Assembly: GCF_024700885.2 (NCBI RefSeq)
Contig: NZ_CP117016.1
Length of the DNA stretch: 64,000 nt
Direction: 5' to 3' (one strand)
From: Escherichia coli
Lineage (GTDB): Bacteria > Pseudomonadota > Gammaproteobacteria > Enterobacterales > Enterobacteriaceae
In this document: positions 63,243-64,000 of the stretch, in pieces
Numbering within the stretch: the first letter of the stretch is position 1
Layout: each line of letters opens with the position of its first letter
Notes under the pieces: generated by a model
Told to the model about the DNA's origin: nothing
Database searches by the model: none
The model's input: only the letters and a program-made list of their open reading frames with translations
Position numbers and translations under genes: made by a program

Positions 63243-63366
63243 CAGTTAACATGTTAACTGGCTGCCCGGGCATTTTTGCGGTTTTTATCTTTATTATTCA
63301 GTTTGTTGTGCGGAAAAAATGTTAACAGGCTTTTTCAGCAAATGTTAACCAGGCAGCAGTTAACAT
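63243..63366. repeat. GTTAACAT repeat cluster (18-bp perfect palindrome plus three more copies), candidate cos/terminase-binding region
   Basis: cagttaacatgttaactg (63243-63260), atgttaac at 63319-63326 and 63342-63349, inverted gttaacat at 63359-63366, with an A/T-rich spacer. Confidence 0.5.
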
Positions 63367-63440
63367 TTGCGGCATGAGACGCCGGGAAAAATGGGCTGAA
63401 CCATACCCGGCTGAGTGCGTTCTGGACCCGGGAGGAGGCT

Positions 63441-64000
63441 GTGCTGACAACGCAAAAACGAAAATTTGCGCTGGCGCTCATGTCCGGGAAAAACAAAACA
63501 GCGTCAGCCATTGCCGCCGGTTATTCGGCGAAGACCGCCAGGGTTAAAGGCTCGCAGCTGGCAAAAGATCCGGAGGTGCTTGCGTTTATAGCCCGTAAAC
63601 AATGCGAGACGGTGGAGGTGGATGAGGTTCCTGTTTACCGGCAGAAAAAATCAGAGCAGGAGGATAAACCCCGTCGCCGTGAGGCGGCTGCAATACCACA
63701 GCCGGACGAAAACAATCCGGAGATGCCACCGTCCGCGGTGATGTCTCCTGGTATTGAATATATGGAGGATGGTCTTCCCGATCCGGTGAAAGCCATGGGG
63801 CGGATCCTGGTGGAAAACCTCTGCATTGATCCGAAACTGGCACTGGATGCGGCCTGGCGTCTGGCGCAGTTCACGCACCATAAAAAAGGGGATACCGGGA
63901 AAAAATCGGCAAAAGGTGATGCCGCGAAAAAAGCGGCTAACCGTTTTGCGGTGCCACCGCCACCCCGACTGGTGGTGAATAACGATAATGAGGGCAACGG
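63441..64000 (+). CDS. terminase small subunit (5' partial; runs off the window end)
   Basis: GTG at 63441 preceded by GGAGGAGG; the frame is open to position 64000 (VLTTQKRKFALALMSGKNKTASAIAAGYSAKTARVKGSQLAKDPEV...); not in the ORF track because no stop lies within the window. Confidence 0.7.
   Translation, partial: MLTTQKRKFALALMSGKNKTASAIAAGYSAKTARVKGSQLAKDPEVLAFIARKQCETVEVDEVPVYRQKKSEQEDKPRRREAAAIPQPDENNPEMPPSAVMSPGIEYMEDGLPDPVKAMGRILVENLCIDPKLALDAAWRLAQFTHHKKGDTGKKSAKGDAAKKAANRFAVPPPPRLVVNNDNEGN

Larger units (their letters stand above)
37177..64000. mobile_element. lambdoid prophage integrated at the ompW 3' end (left part only; continues past the window)
   Basis: Integrase begins immediately after ompW, followed by xis, recombination, immunity, replication, Q, tRNA, lysis and terminase modules in canonical lambdoid order. 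Confidence 0.9.

Overview
Enterobacterial (E. coli-type) chromosomal segment with the left ~27 kb of a lambdoid prophage. Positions 1-37176 are a syntenic core block: narL/narX (-), narK, narGHJI, the rtT/tyrV/tyrT tRNA-Tyr locus, purU, ychJ, rssA, rssB, galU, hns, tdk, adhE, ychE, oppABCDF, yciU, clsA, kch, yciI, tonB, yciA, yciB, yciC, ompW. From ~37180 to the window end a prophage is integrated at the ompW terminator: int-xis, a large exonuclease, Rha, a CI/Cro immunity region, an O-like/DnaC-like replication module with in-gene iterons, a NUDIX+HAD hydrolase pair, a hok-type toxin, DUF968/RusA/Q, PR'-tR', an orphan DNA methyltransferase, tRNA-Ile and tRNA-Arg, an AT-rich cargo slot (the position stx occupies in Stx phages; no stx here), a NanS-p-like esterase, a pinholin/SAR-endolysin/Rz/Rz1 lysis cassette interrupted by an IS1 with an intact 9-bp target duplication, an HNH endonuclease, a GTTAACAT repeat cluster and the start of the terminase small subunit. 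The best candidates for undescribed biology are the unannotated ORFs in the stx-position cargo slot, the hairpin-flanked NUDIX+HAD cassette, and four tandem small hydrophobic ORFs between the endolysin and Rz. All calls rest on reading the sequence and ORF translations plus recalled knowledge of E. coli and lambdoid phage proteins; no database search or folding program was run, so family names for prophage proteins are provisional.
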